Counted from the stretch's first letter, positions 28,669-38,384 are shown. The stretch is DNA of 64,000 nt from Candidatus Atabeyarchaeum deiterrae (GCA_037310415.1 CP147780.1:1-64000); one strand, 5' to 3'. The notes: generated from the letters alone by a model not told the origin. Made by a program: numbers and translations.

Positions 28669-30285
28669 CTAAGCCAGTAGCCTCTTCGAGACGTATGATC
28701 CATCTCTTGAATATCCGAACTTCTTGTAGTATTCTCTTACGCCGATGGCGCTGGTTACTAGCACTTTCCTTATGTCGAATTGCTCTTTTGCTAGTGTCTC
28801 AGCTTTCTCGAGCAGAAGTGTACCGACTCCTCTGTGCTGCCACTCACCGTCACTTGGAGAATAACCTATCCTAACCGCAGGTCCGTACACGTGAAGCTCC
28901 CTCACGATTGCTGAAGACATCTCCTTGATTTCTGGTCGATATGCCTTCTCAGACGGGATTCTAAGTCTTAGAAAACCTAGCAGGATGTCTTGGTAAACGT
29001 CTTCGCAACTAATGAAGAATTCATTGCCATCGGACGCTTCATGAAGAAGATAGATAATGTGTACATCAAAAGGATTTGGCTCCAATCCAAGTGTTTCATG
29101 AACGCGTTGCACTTCTCGGCACCGAATGCATGGGCAACGTTTCGCCATCGTGATCAAAGTTTTCTGAACGAGGCTGTGAAGATCGCTTCTTTTCGGTCCC
29201 GCTTCAATCAACTTGGCTGGAATATCTCGTTGCATCCTTTGTACACGCACCCACCGTGGGATAATATGTGAGATCTCAACCAGCAATTTGACGCATTCAT
29301 TAGTATCATATGGCTTGTATTTCCCCTCTTTCCACAGATCGTATAACTTGGTACCTTTCACGACTAAGGTCGGATATATTTTCAGCATATCTGGCTTGAA
29401 GCGAGGATCTGAAAAGATAGTTCTGAATGCTTCGAGGTCTTTCTCAAAGTTGCTTCCTGGAAGTCCAGGCATCATATGATAAACAACTTTGAGTCCAGCA
29501 TCCTTCAGAAGTCTGGTCGCCGTCACAACGTCTTGGACTGTGTGTCCACGATTCACGAGCTTGTATATGTCGTCATAGACTGTCTGGACGCCAAGTTCAA
29601 CTCTCGTCACCCCCATCTTGAGCATCTGATCTATCTGCTCACAGCGTGCATAATCTGGACGGGTCTCAACAGTTATGCCCGTGTTTCTCGTGGGTGAGAT
29701 TTCCGCGAGCCTCTGTGCCTCTTCCAAGTTTGATGAGTCTCTTCCAGTGATGCCGTCTAGACACTTTTGAATGAAGAATTCCTGGTAATCTAATGGCATT
29801 GATGGAAAAGTTCCGCCCATGATTATGAGTTCAACTTTGTCGGTGTTGTGTCCAAGCGCTCTCAGTTGACTCAGTCTATTCACGACTTGTCTCTCAGGGT
29901 CGAAGTTGTTTTGAATCGCTCTCATGGTTGCTGGTTCATGGCCAGTATAGCTTTGGGGAGTATCTCCAAACGGGGAGCTTATGCCTCCAGGACAATAGAC
30001 GCAAGGTGATTCCTTAGGACAAGGATAGGGCTTCGCCATGACGGCAACTATTGCTATTCCCGAATAGGTCCTAGAAGGCTTCGTCCTGAGAATTGGCAAC
30101 AGTGCTTTCGCTTCTTCAGGAGAAGCCGCAGCCAGAATGTCTGCGTTCCGAGGCATTAAGCTTAAAGAGTACTCAGAACAGACTCTTGCCTTCAGTTTGT
30201 CTAGTTCCTTCCTACTCTTGATTTTTCCACTAATCATTTCATTTATGATCGTTCTCAGCGCTTGATTCTGCGACTCGGATGACAC
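28669..30285 (-). CDS. elp3: tRNA uridine(34) acetyltransferase Elp3 (radical SAM + KAT)
   Basis: CVYCPGG, QSYTGHEP, MGGTF, ETRPD, ELGVQT, LKIYPTLV, RDIP, CIRCREV, RELHVYG, QHRGVG. Confidence 0.96.
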   Translation of the reverse strand: MSSESQNQALRTIINEMISGKIKSRKELDKLKARVCSEYSLSLMPRNADILAAASPEEAKALLPILRTKPSRTYSGIAIVAVMAKPYPCPKESPCVYCPGGISSPFGDTPQSYTGHEPATMRAIQNNFDPERQVVNRLSQLRALGHNTDKVELIIMGGTFPSMPLDYQEFFIQKCLDGITGRDSSNLEEAQRLAEISPTRNTGITVETRPDYARCEQIDQMLKMGVTRVELGVQTVYDDIYKLVNRGHTVQDVVTATRLLKDAGLKVVYHMMPGLPGSNFEKDLEAFRTIFSDPRFKPDMLKIYPTLVVKGTKLYDLWKEGKYKPYDTNECVKLLVEISHIIPRWVRVQRMQRDIPAKLIEAGPKRSDLHSLVQKTLITMAKRCPCIRCREVQRVHETLGLEPNPFDVHIIYLLHEASDGNEFFISCEDVYQDILLGFLRLRIPSEKAYRPEIKEMSSAIVRELHVYGPAVRIGYSPSDGEWQHRGVGTLLLEKAETLAKEQFDIRKVLVTSAIGVREYYKKFGYSRDGSYVSKRLLA

Positions 30286-30493
30286 GATGAAATCACCAGC
30301 TCTCCCGGTAATTGTTTTTCATCCTTAGATAATAAATGAATTGATACATTAGAGAAAATTCACAGATATGCAAAATTCCGTTTAACTATTTCATATCTCA
30401 TGTGCATAAAACTTATATCTAAACCACTTCTCTAGTAACGATACCTATATTTGATTTGTAGAGTCCCCGCTAAGTGCGGGAGAAGGATTCATA

Positions 30494-30631
30494 ATGGCAA
30501 TGAAGTGTTCTGAGTGCGACGACAAAATGGTCCTGCGTAGTCGCAAATACAATGGATACGCACTCATTGAAACATGGCGATGCGATAAATGCGGATGTAA
30601 ATCTAGGAAAGTCTACTTTATATCCCTATAA
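30494..30631 (+). CDS. 45-aa zinc-finger microprotein
   Basis: MAMKCSECDDKM...ETWRCDKCGCKSRKVYFISL with two CxxC pairs. Preceded by a purine-rich SD and a CCCGC/GCGGG hairpin. Confidence 0.7.
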   Translation: MAMKCSECDDKMVLRSRKYNGYALIETWRCDKCGCKSRKVYFISL

Positions 30632-30665
30632 GCTAAAATACACGGTTCGAGCAGTGTAAGAACAC

Positions 30666-32003
30666 TTATTCTGCTTTGACTACCTTTTTTGTATTCGAAT
30701 TTGACACTCCCACCCATGAACGGTGTGGGATTCTTGCTTCCCTTTGAGATTTCATGACCCATTCATGGTAGTTCCACCTCAGGAGCAAGGGCTCTGCCAT
30801 GAGCCCGCTACCGCTGGTATCCCCTCCACCCGCACCTTGAATGAGTGATGAGGGAAACCTGTTCACGGCTACCTTCAACAAGTTCACAGCGCCGTTAACA
30901 TCTGCATTAAGACTTCTATGCATTTCATGGCAAACCGTTAGGCCCCTCTTGACTCTGCTCCCATGCTGTTTTCCGCACAGGCAGCACGTCCTGGATGTGC
31001 CTCTCTCAGGCACTTTCCTGACCGCTATGCCATACTCTTCCCCAAGCTCAACCAGCCGCCTCCAAATGAGGTCGAATGCCCAGAAGTTGTGCACCTTCTG
31101 ATCCACCCTCCTACCGCGGGTAGGTTGCCTCCTGATCCCATTAAGGTCGCCAACGTACAGCTCTCCAAATCCCTTCTCCTCCAGGAGTAAGAAGATTGTC
31201 CTCGCCATGGCGTATATGGCGTGTCTGAGCCTCCGCTGCCTCATCCTGAACTGCAGCCCAATGTGCTTGGACGTGTGCCTTCCCCAAGGAAGATTCGACT
31301 GCCTGGAGGCTATCTTCTTCGTGTGGTACACCCAGTCTGAGAGAACTGCCCGACCCGAGAAGATCGTTGGTCGCTCTCCTTCCATGTGGAGTGCTGCGAG
31401 GTTACATACGCCCACATCCAGGGACGCCTTCCTACATGCGTCGATTCGACTCGGAGGCTCCCAGGGAACCTCGACTGGAACGTGAGCATACCAATTCCTG
31501 CTGAACTCATCTCTCCACACCTCGAGCCTCCCCTGCTTTCCCACCCACAAATCCCCGCACCGGTAAGGAACCCTGGTGCCCCTGCCCATCGAGATTTCAT
31601 TAACGTTAGCACTCCAACCATCATTCCTCACGTAGAATACTGTCGTCTCTCGTTTCCCGTTTCTCTTCCTGTACCTCGGTGGAGCCACGCTGCGGATGTG
31701 TGGCGGCAGCTTCCCACTCTTCTTGAGTCTCAAGAGGGCGTAGTAGCTCCGCCACGCTTCATCAAGCTTTGCTAGCAGTGCTTGGGCCTTGCATGTGCCG
31801 AGTTTCCTGAATGCTTCGGTGTCCTTGAGGGCTTTGCACTGGCCGGCATATGACGGCATCTTCGCATGCTGATGGTTGGCTCTTCTCCTCTCGTAGTTCG
31901 CGGTGTTCCATAGAGTGGCTGACTGCTCGGCATATTCGCGGAGCTTCGCCTCTACACACTGGGTGGGTCTCAACAGGGCAGTTGAAGTCCTCAGCATAAG
32001 CAA
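30666..32003 (-). CDS. tnpB: RNA-guided endonuclease TnpB
   Basis: LWNTANYERR N-terminus, RuvC-I SLDVGVCNL, RuvC-II YVGDL, ERGTSRTCCLCG zinc finger, RuvC-III NADVNGAVN. Confidence 0.92.
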   Translation of the reverse strand: MLMLRTSTALLRPTQCVEAKLREYAEQSATLWNTANYERRRANHQHAKMPSYAGQCKALKDTEAFRKLGTCKAQALLAKLDEAWRSYYALLRLKKSGKLPPHIRSVAPPRYRKRNGKRETTVFYVRNDGWSANVNEISMGRGTRVPYRCGDLWVGKQGRLEVWRDEFSRNWYAHVPVEVPWEPPSRIDACRKASLDVGVCNLAALHMEGERPTIFSGRAVLSDWVYHTKKIASRQSNLPWGRHTSKHIGLQFRMRQRRLRHAIYAMARTIFLLLEEKGFGELYVGDLNGIRRQPTRGRRVDQKVHNFWAFDLIWRRLVELGEEYGIAVRKVPERGTSRTCCLCGKQHGSRVKRGLTVCHEMHRSLNADVNGAVNLLKVAVNRFPSSLIQGAGGGDTSGSGLMAEPLLLRWNYHEWVMKSQREARIPHRSWVGVSNSNTKKVVKAE

Positions 32004-32078
32004 CTATTCTCGGATGACGTATTTAAGGAACCGTTGAAACCCACCTCTAAAGAGCGTGGGCTTGCACTCTGCGTTCCT
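30701..32078 (-). mobile_element. Non-autonomous IS200/IS605-family (IS1341-like) element carrying only tnpB
   Basis: Left-end hairpin CCCAC-GCTCT-TT-AGAG-GTGGG (32040-32060), with TTAC 18 nt outside it. Right-end hairpin CCCAC..GTGGG (30709-30729), preceded by GAAT and ending in TCAA at 30701. Visibly more GC-rich than the flanks. No tnpA. Confidence 0.8.
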
Positions 32079-32413
32079 GTAAAGAAGCAGTTGGCGCGGA
32101 CATGCCAAGGCATATTACACCGGATAATCCGCTCAGTTCAGAGCATTGCCTGATTGATGTATTGGGTTTTAGCTTTCCATTGCAACCCGGTCACGTGTGT
32201 TCGGCGTACCATTTGTCTTAATCAGAAACTGGGCAGATTCTCTTGCCCAAGAAACCTTAAAATAAAACTATGTTGAATCACATTAGGACCAGCATGTTCT
32301 TGTACTCTAGTTTAAATGATCTGAATCATTTATCATTTCTTCTAACTCATAGCGGTTAACGCAACATGTGAGCGAGCGAACTCGTCAATTCAGTCTTATT
32401 CGGAGAGATAAAA

Positions 32414-35404
32414 GTGGCAGTCAAGGAGATTCCAAAACAGCTTTCGCTTCGAGAGCTTGAGCAGAGAACCTTGGAAGAGTGGCGTGTCAACAAGATATAC
32501 GAGAAAGCAAAGGAGAAGCTGAAAGGAAAACCTCGCTTCAACTTCATAGATGGACCGCCGTACACCACCGGTTCGATCCACTTGGGGACAGCTTGGAACA
32601 AGATAATGAAAGACATAGTCCTGCGATTCAAGAGGATGAGAGGATTTGAGGTAAACGACACACCTGGATACGATATGCATGGGCTACCTATAGAAGTCAA
32701 AGTGGAGCAGGAGCTGAATATCAAAAGCAAGAAGGAAATAGAGACGAATGTCGTCAAGTTCGTAGAGAAATGTAGAGAGTTCGCGCTTAGCAACTTAGAT
32801 ACGATGAGTCAGCAATTCAGTGAGCTTGGAGTTTGGATGGATTGGAAGAAACCCTACATGACGCTGAGCGATTCATACATAGAAGGAATATGGAAGACAA
32901 TCAAACTTGCCTATGATAGGGGCTACGTGTATAGAGGAGTGAAGGTTCTCGAAGTCTGCCCAAGATGTGAGACGGCGCTCGCGAGACACGAGCATGAATA
33001 TCACACCGTCACCGACGTTTCAATATTCGTGAAGTTCAAGATTAAGTCAAGACCAAATGAATTTTTGTTAGTGTGGACTACTACACCGTGGACATTGCCA
33101 GCCAACTTGGCAGTTATGGTTCACCCGGACTTCGAGTATGTTAAGGCAAAGGTTGGGACCGAGGTTTGGGTAATAGCCAAAGCTATGGCAACAACCTTGC
33201 TGCAAGGCGTGTTCGAAAAGAACTTTGAGGTTCTCGAAGAATTCAAGGGAATGGATCTCGAGGGATTGAAATATGAGCACCCCTTAGTACAGGAGGTCCC
33301 GATTCAAGCTGAACTCGACAAGAAGTACAAGAAAGCACATACTGTTGTTCTTAGCGCTGACTACGTGACTCTTGAACAGGGAACCGGGTTGGTTCATTGT
33401 GCGCCAGGGCACGGACCTGAAGACTTCGAAGTGGGAAAGCAGAACGGCTTGCCTCCGTTCTCACCTTTGGATGTTTCTAAGTTTTCGTCTGAAGGCGGCA
33501 AATATGCAGGCATGTTCCCCAAGAAAGCTGACGAGCTCATAATCAACGACTTGGAGCACAAAGGGCTACTAGTATACAAGGGCACCATAGAGCATGAATA
33601 TGCTCATTGCTGGAGGTGCAAGAGCCCGCTTCTGTTCCAAGCCACAAGCCAATGGTTCATAAAAGTGGTCAGCTTAAAGGATGAAATGCACAAAATGAAC
33701 AGTGAAACATCATGGGTTCCTGACTGGGCTGGCCACCAGTGGTTCAAGAACTGGATTGATGGACTACAGGACTGGTGCATATCTCGACAGAGATACTGGG
33801 GAGCCCCCTTACCCATGTGGATCTGTGACAAGTGTGGGCATGTGGAGGTTCTTGGTTCAAAGCAGGAACTTGTCGCAAAATCTGGCAAAACACCAAAGGA
33901 GCTCCACAGACCTTGGGTTGACGAAGCAACCTGGAAATGTGAACAGTGCCATGGAAAAGGTACGAAGCGTAGAATATCCGATGTCTTAGATGTTTGGCTT
34001 GACAGTGGATCATGCATATGGGCTACGCTACCCGTCACAACCGGAATGGCAGACTATGATGACTGGAAGGAACTGGATTTCATAATTGAAGGGAAGGAAC
34101 AGATAAGGGGATGGTTCAATTCGCTCATGTGCTCAAGCATGGTTGCGTACGGCAGGTGGCCATACAAATCAGTTTACATGCATGGATTCATGTGCGATGA
34201 ACAAGGACGGGAAATGCACAAGTCGCTCGGTAACTATATTGAACCATCAGAAGTCATACCAAAACACGGCGTCGAATCATATAGGTTCTATGTCTCCAAA
34301 TCGGCGCCACCAGGCGAAGATATACGCTTTAATTGGAAGGATGTCGCGGACACGGAGAGGTTCTTAAACATTACTTGGAACGTCTACGTATTCGCATCAA
34401 CGTTCATGGCTGAGGCTGGATTCAATCCTGGCAAGGTCAGGAGCACAAAAGTTCAGCTTCTGCCAGAAGATAAGTGGATACTCTCGCGCACAAACTCCGT
34501 GGTCAAACAGATAACCAACGAACTGGATGGCTACCAGATACCCACTGTGACGAGGCTACTGCAGGATCTGATTGTCAAGGATTTGAGCAGGTGGTACATA
34601 AGATTAATCCGAGCAAGGACATGGGTCACGACTTCAGGCCCAAGCAAGACAGCGGCACTCAACACATTATTCAATGTCCTCGAGAAACTGACTTACATAC
34701 TCGCGCCAATAACTCCCATACTCGCTGAGGCTTTGTACCAGTCGCTTGTCAGACCGACCATGGCGAATCCACCAGAAAGCGTGCATCTTTGCGAGTGGCC
34801 AAAGCACTCAGAAGAACTAATAAACACTGACCTTGAAGCAAAGATGGACCACGTGCGGGAAATAGTCGAAGGAACACTGGCAATAAGACAGGAAGCAAAA
34901 GTAAAACTAAGGTGGCCTTGCAGGAGACTTGTGATAGTTCCCAAGGAAAAAGAATGGGTCGACATACGTGAGCTCCTGGAAGTTGTAAGAGACCAAGCAA
35001 GTGTCAAAGAAGTACATATCCTCAGCAAACTCTTGGCAAAGGACAAGACTGAGGACCTGAGAGAAAAGGAAACCTCGACATGCACGATATACCTTGACGT
35101 ATCAACCACTGAAGAACTTGAATCAGAAAGACTCGCAAAAGACTTCACGCGACAAGTTCAATCACTCAGAAAGAAATATGGATACATTGTGACCGACAAG
35201 ATAGAGCTAGTAGTAGCGAGCAAGGACAAACAAATACTCGAAGGGCTCGAGAAACAAGAACAACAAATCAAGAGCAAGATTGGAGCGGTGAAAATAGAGG
35301 GACTTGGGGAAATGCCAGAAGAACTCAAAGACTACGACGCTAAAGGCGAATTCAAATATCAAGATGAGAAGATTCAGGTAGCGTTCCGACGAAAGAAAAC
35401 TTAA
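32414..35404 (+). CDS. ileS: Isoleucine-tRNA ligase
   Basis: DGPPYTTGSIHLG, GYDMHGLPIE, WTTTPWTLPAN, GTGLVHCAPGHG, DWCISRQRYWG, EQIRGWF, EMHKSLGN. Confidence 0.97.
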   Translation: MAVKEIPKQLSLRELEQRTLEEWRVNKIYEKAKEKLKGKPRFNFIDGPPYTTGSIHLGTAWNKIMKDIVLRFKRMRGFEVNDTPGYDMHGLPIEVKVEQELNIKSKKEIETNVVKFVEKCREFALSNLDTMSQQFSELGVWMDWKKPYMTLSDSYIEGIWKTIKLAYDRGYVYRGVKVLEVCPRCETALARHEHEYHTVTDVSIFVKFKIKSRPNEFLLVWTTTPWTLPANLAVMVHPDFEYVKAKVGTEVWVIAKAMATTLLQGVFEKNFEVLEEFKGMDLEGLKYEHPLVQEVPIQAELDKKYKKAHTVVLSADYVTLEQGTGLVHCAPGHGPEDFEVGKQNGLPPFSPLDVSKFSSEGGKYAGMFPKKADELIINDLEHKGLLVYKGTIEHEYAHCWRCKSPLLFQATSQWFIKVVSLKDEMHKMNSETSWVPDWAGHQWFKNWIDGLQDWCISRQRYWGAPLPMWICDKCGHVEVLGSKQELVAKSGKTPKELHRPWVDEATWKCEQCHGKGTKRRISDVLDVWLDSGSCIWATLPVTTGMADYDDWKELDFIIEGKEQIRGWFNSLMCSSMVAYGRWPYKSVYMHGFMCDEQGREMHKSLGNYIEPSEVIPKHGVESYRFYVSKSAPPGEDIRFNWKDVADTERFLNITWNVYVFASTFMAEAGFNPGKVRSTKVQLLPEDKWILSRTNSVVKQITNELDGYQIPTVTRLLQDLIVKDLSRWYIRLIRARTWVTTSGPSKTAALNTLFNVLEKLTYILAPITPILAEALYQSLVRPTMANPPESVHLCEWPKHSEELINTDLEAKMDHVREIVEGTLAIRQEAKVKLRWPCRRLVIVPKEKEWVDIRELLEVVRDQASVKEVHILSKLLAKDKTEDLREKETSTCTIYLDVSTTEELESERLAKDFTRQVQSLRKKYGYIVTDKIELVVASKDKQILEGLEKQEQQIKSKIGAVKIEGLGEMPEELKDYDAKGEFKYQDEKIQVAFRRKKT

Positions 35405-35440
35405 TAACACCAACTAAACAGAGAGAAAAACAATGCCATA

Positions 35441-35652
35441 GGGCCCGTGGCTTAGCCTGGCTTACTTTGGGATCATACTTTCGTTTGTTCCCTTTGTCCA
35501 GACAAAGCGACAGTTGATGGCGACAGCCGTCGCCGCGAAGGCCTTATACGACCACGCTTTGTACAAAGCCTGAGACAGCCGTAAGAGTTAGGGTAATCGG
35601 CTAGGCGATTGCCTCTTCGGTAAGATCGTGGGTTCGAATCCCACCGGGCCCA
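35441..35652 (+). tRNA. tRNA-Ile(UAU) with four introns (20a/21, 28/29, 37/38, 44/45)
   Basis: Removing 35463-35503, 35512-35539, 35549-35576 and 35584-35623 gives a 75-nt cloverleaf: GGGCCCG TG GCTT AGCCTGGCTA AAGC G ACGGC CTTATAA GCCGT AGATC GTGGG TTCGAAT CCCAC CGGGCCC A. All four stems pair fully, and BHB-type central helices occur at each junction. Confidence 0.8.
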
Positions 35653-35908
35653 TCACTACTTTTCCAAGTTTTTTCATTTTGATTCTCTTCAGATATGCGC
35701 TAGGTCGTACAAGAAAAATGTTTTGCGGTGGAGTGTCCCCTCTTGGCCGCTCAGTGCGGAAGAGACGTTATATGACCTTTACAAGATGGAGAGATAAGCC
35801 TTGAGCCAGTTTCATTCTCTGAACTCAGAAAGAGCTACTTAATCGTCTAAACAGTTCACATCTTTCATCATAAAAAAAGGAGGAAGTTCTTGCAGTGCAT
35901 TCTTTGCT

Positions 35909-38080
35909 CTACAAGATTCTGAAGCAACCGAAGCACGGGAATCTGATAGGCGTGACACTGAATTGGTAGTCTGCCCAACCATTAGACATAGTCGGGCTGA
36001 CGATCATGATCACGTAGCTGATCTGTCCAGCGTATCCCAAGGTCCAACCTGTCTCAGTCTTGTGATTGAGCCACATGTCGTATGGAACGTACATCGTACC
36101 ACAGCGTGTCTGTATTGCGCAGACGAGCGTCACCTGGAAGTTTATGTCAGGATAGACTGGAGTCAATGTCAGTGCGCTGCCGCTCACGCTTGCGCCCTGT
36201 ATGAACCATCCTTCGTATGTGGTCGCCCAGTCAGTCATGTAGCGGAATCCTATCAAGACGTTTTGTCCTGAGTAGTAGGACAGGTCGAATGTCATAGTGG
36301 TCCAACTAGGCCAGTCTGGGTTATAGTCTGTGAGTCCAGGGAGGTTTGCGACAATATCTGGATGCGCTGATGGGTCGTGATCTGAAGTAGCGTACTCATT
36401 TGCCAGTGATGTCCACGTATTGCCATTGTCTGTTGAGACTTGCACGAAGCAGAAGTCCCAGAAGGATTCTGCGCCATACATTGTAACCAATGTGAGAACC
36501 GGATTTGATGGATCCACATAAGCTTTGCCAAAGAGAAGCGCGTTATATAGATCTGCACTTCCTGACCACCAGTAACCACCAGTGCTATTGAAAGTCCAGC
36601 CAAATACGGAGGAGTCATCTCCGTTAAATTGTACAAGTGCCAGCTTTCTCCAGTCTTGGAATTTTATGTAGTCGCTGCCATAAGCCCCGATCATTGATAC
36701 ACCCGTGTCATAGCCCAAGATTGTCTTTGTCGTTCCGAAGTCTGTGCCCCTGGTCCAGGGAACCGGCAAGCAATTGATGTCATGCATCGCTACTTGAGTT
36801 ATCGCTGGGTCATTCAGGTTTATGCTCTTGTAGTTGTATTTTCCGCATCCTGGGAAGTCTGAGCGGATCAGGTTCGCAAGTCTCCAGTTGTGGTACACAT
36901 CGTCGAACCTAACCTTGTATCCAAAACTAGACAAAACGGAGTCAACGCCTTGGATCCCCGGGATGCCTGACTGCACGTATTGCGTAAGGAAGCCAACTCC
37001 ACCGTAGTGGTCAGTCAGGTAGTGTGCCCATAGTTCGGCGGCACCGTAATCTGCGAGAATGTTGATGTCTCCTTGGTCGCCCCACTGCGTCAGCGAATTG
37101 TCTGGGGTTGCAAAGTAGCTGTTGATATCGTTCGTATCTATTCCGAAGCCGCATAGGTACTCGGCGTACATGCTGCAGCCTTCATTCATGAATAGGTCAC
37201 CAGCAGGTTGCCAGTCTTGGTGGATATCGTGTTGGAATTCATGCGCGACTGTTCCCTCGTAGGTGTGAGGTCGGTTGACAACGAGTTCTGGATGATCAGG
37301 GAACCATTGCTGTCCTTCGGCACCGAGTCTTCGCCACCACTGCCAGCAGTCAATGTGGATCATGTTCCTATTGTAGTAGACCAATGACTGAGTTGGACTG
37401 TAGAATCCGATTGTGTAGTACGGGTAGTTCGGGTCGTAGTAATTAGCATCGCGGATGTTGAGAACTTTCAGTATGACTCTCTGTGGGTTCGTCGTATTAA
37501 TCCAGTTCCAGTAGTACGATGGGAAACCCGATAGCTCAAAGATGGTATTTGTCCCATCTTTATCGAAGGGCTTTCCAAAGGAGTTTGTGTCCGTTGGGTA
37601 TATGATATTGTTGAATTCGTCTGCAAGATATTGGCACATTTCGTCAGTAATCGTCAGGTTGAGTACGTAGCCATTTCTTGGGTCGCCAGGTAGGAACCAT
37701 AGGTAGTCCTGTGTCCAGACTTCAACATTTCCTGATATAGCTCTGAGTGTCATATAAGGTTGGGATCCAGTCAGAGTGCCTCTGCTTATCGATCTCAGGT
37801 AATAATCGTATACCTTAGTGCCAATTGGAGGAGTCGTTCCGACGGCGAGAGCGTTTGCCTCAGCGTATGCGCCATCTGTTTCCTGTAAGTCAGACGCAGC
37901 GTTCACGGTAGGCATTGCTACTGTTCCTGCCAGACCACTTCGCCAATCCACTGGCTGGTAGTCTGGAAGAGACTTGCTAGATGGGCTGGATGGACTTGAT
38001 GCTTGCACCGGTAAGGCTAGGGAATACATTGAAAGCGACAATGTCACGACGATAAACATTGCTAGAATCTTCTTGTTCAT
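35909..38080 (-). CDS. Secreted zinc metallopeptidase (M30/immune inhibitor A-like)
   Basis: Signal peptide, VAHEFQHDIH...MNEG zincin motif, and a C-terminal VQVSTDNGNTW...FRYMTD...GWFI domain. Confidence 0.8.
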   Translation of the reverse strand: MNKKILAMFIVVTLSLSMYSLALPVQASSPSSPSSKSLPDYQPVDWRSGLAGTVAMPTVNAASDLQETDGAYAEANALAVGTTPPIGTKVYDYYLRSISRGTLTGSQPYMTLRAISGNVEVWTQDYLWFLPGDPRNGYVLNLTITDEMCQYLADEFNNIIYPTDTNSFGKPFDKDGTNTIFELSGFPSYYWNWINTTNPQRVILKVLNIRDANYYDPNYPYYTIGFYSPTQSLVYYNRNMIHIDCWQWWRRLGAEGQQWFPDHPELVVNRPHTYEGTVAHEFQHDIHQDWQPAGDLFMNEGCSMYAEYLCGFGIDTNDINSYFATPDNSLTQWGDQGDINILADYGAAELWAHYLTDHYGGVGFLTQYVQSGIPGIQGVDSVLSSFGYKVRFDDVYHNWRLANLIRSDFPGCGKYNYKSINLNDPAITQVAMHDINCLPVPWTRGTDFGTTKTILGYDTGVSMIGAYGSDYIKFQDWRKLALVQFNGDDSSVFGWTFNSTGGYWWSGSADLYNALLFGKAYVDPSNPVLTLVTMYGAESFWDFCFVQVSTDNGNTWTSLANEYATSDHDPSAHPDIVANLPGLTDYNPDWPSWTTMTFDLSYYSGQNVLIGFRYMTDWATTYEGWFIQGASVSGSALTLTPVYPDINFQVTLVCAIQTRCGTMYVPYDMWLNHKTETGWTLGYAGQISYVIMIVSPTMSNGWADYQFSVTPIRFPCFGCFRIL

Positions 38081-38384
38081 CCGGTGATTTTCCCTCTTCC
38101 TAATTTTACCCTCTGAGGCTCAGCTATCTCCGCTTCTCCCTTTTTAGCTTTACGGAAATAAGAATTACGTAAGGATGATTCTGAACCACGAACCGTATTA
38201 CGAGTTAACAACGAAGATGCCGACACAGTGCTTGACTTCTCGTTATCAGCCCCGTTTGATCGCTTCTTCAAGTCTTGGTTTTTGACCTTATCTTAAGACA
38301 GCTTGTCGCAAAAGACGAAACGCGTTGGTCTTCCTCTATATGTCAGACCAAGTCTTATTATGGCATTTCGGCAAAATAGAGGTT

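Noticed and set aside
32356-35413. Numerous minus-strand and off-frame ORFs over ileS (and similar ones over other long genes)
   Set aside because: They are antisense or frame shadows of well-supported genes.
35441-35652. Reading the tRNA as Arg(UCU), Met/Ile(CAU) or a single-intron gene
   Set aside because: Position 35 is A and pairs with U in the BHB helix, position 20 is C, and the discriminator is A. The TCATA at about 35473 lies inside intron 1. One long intron does not give a paired anticodon stem or a 5-nt variable loop.
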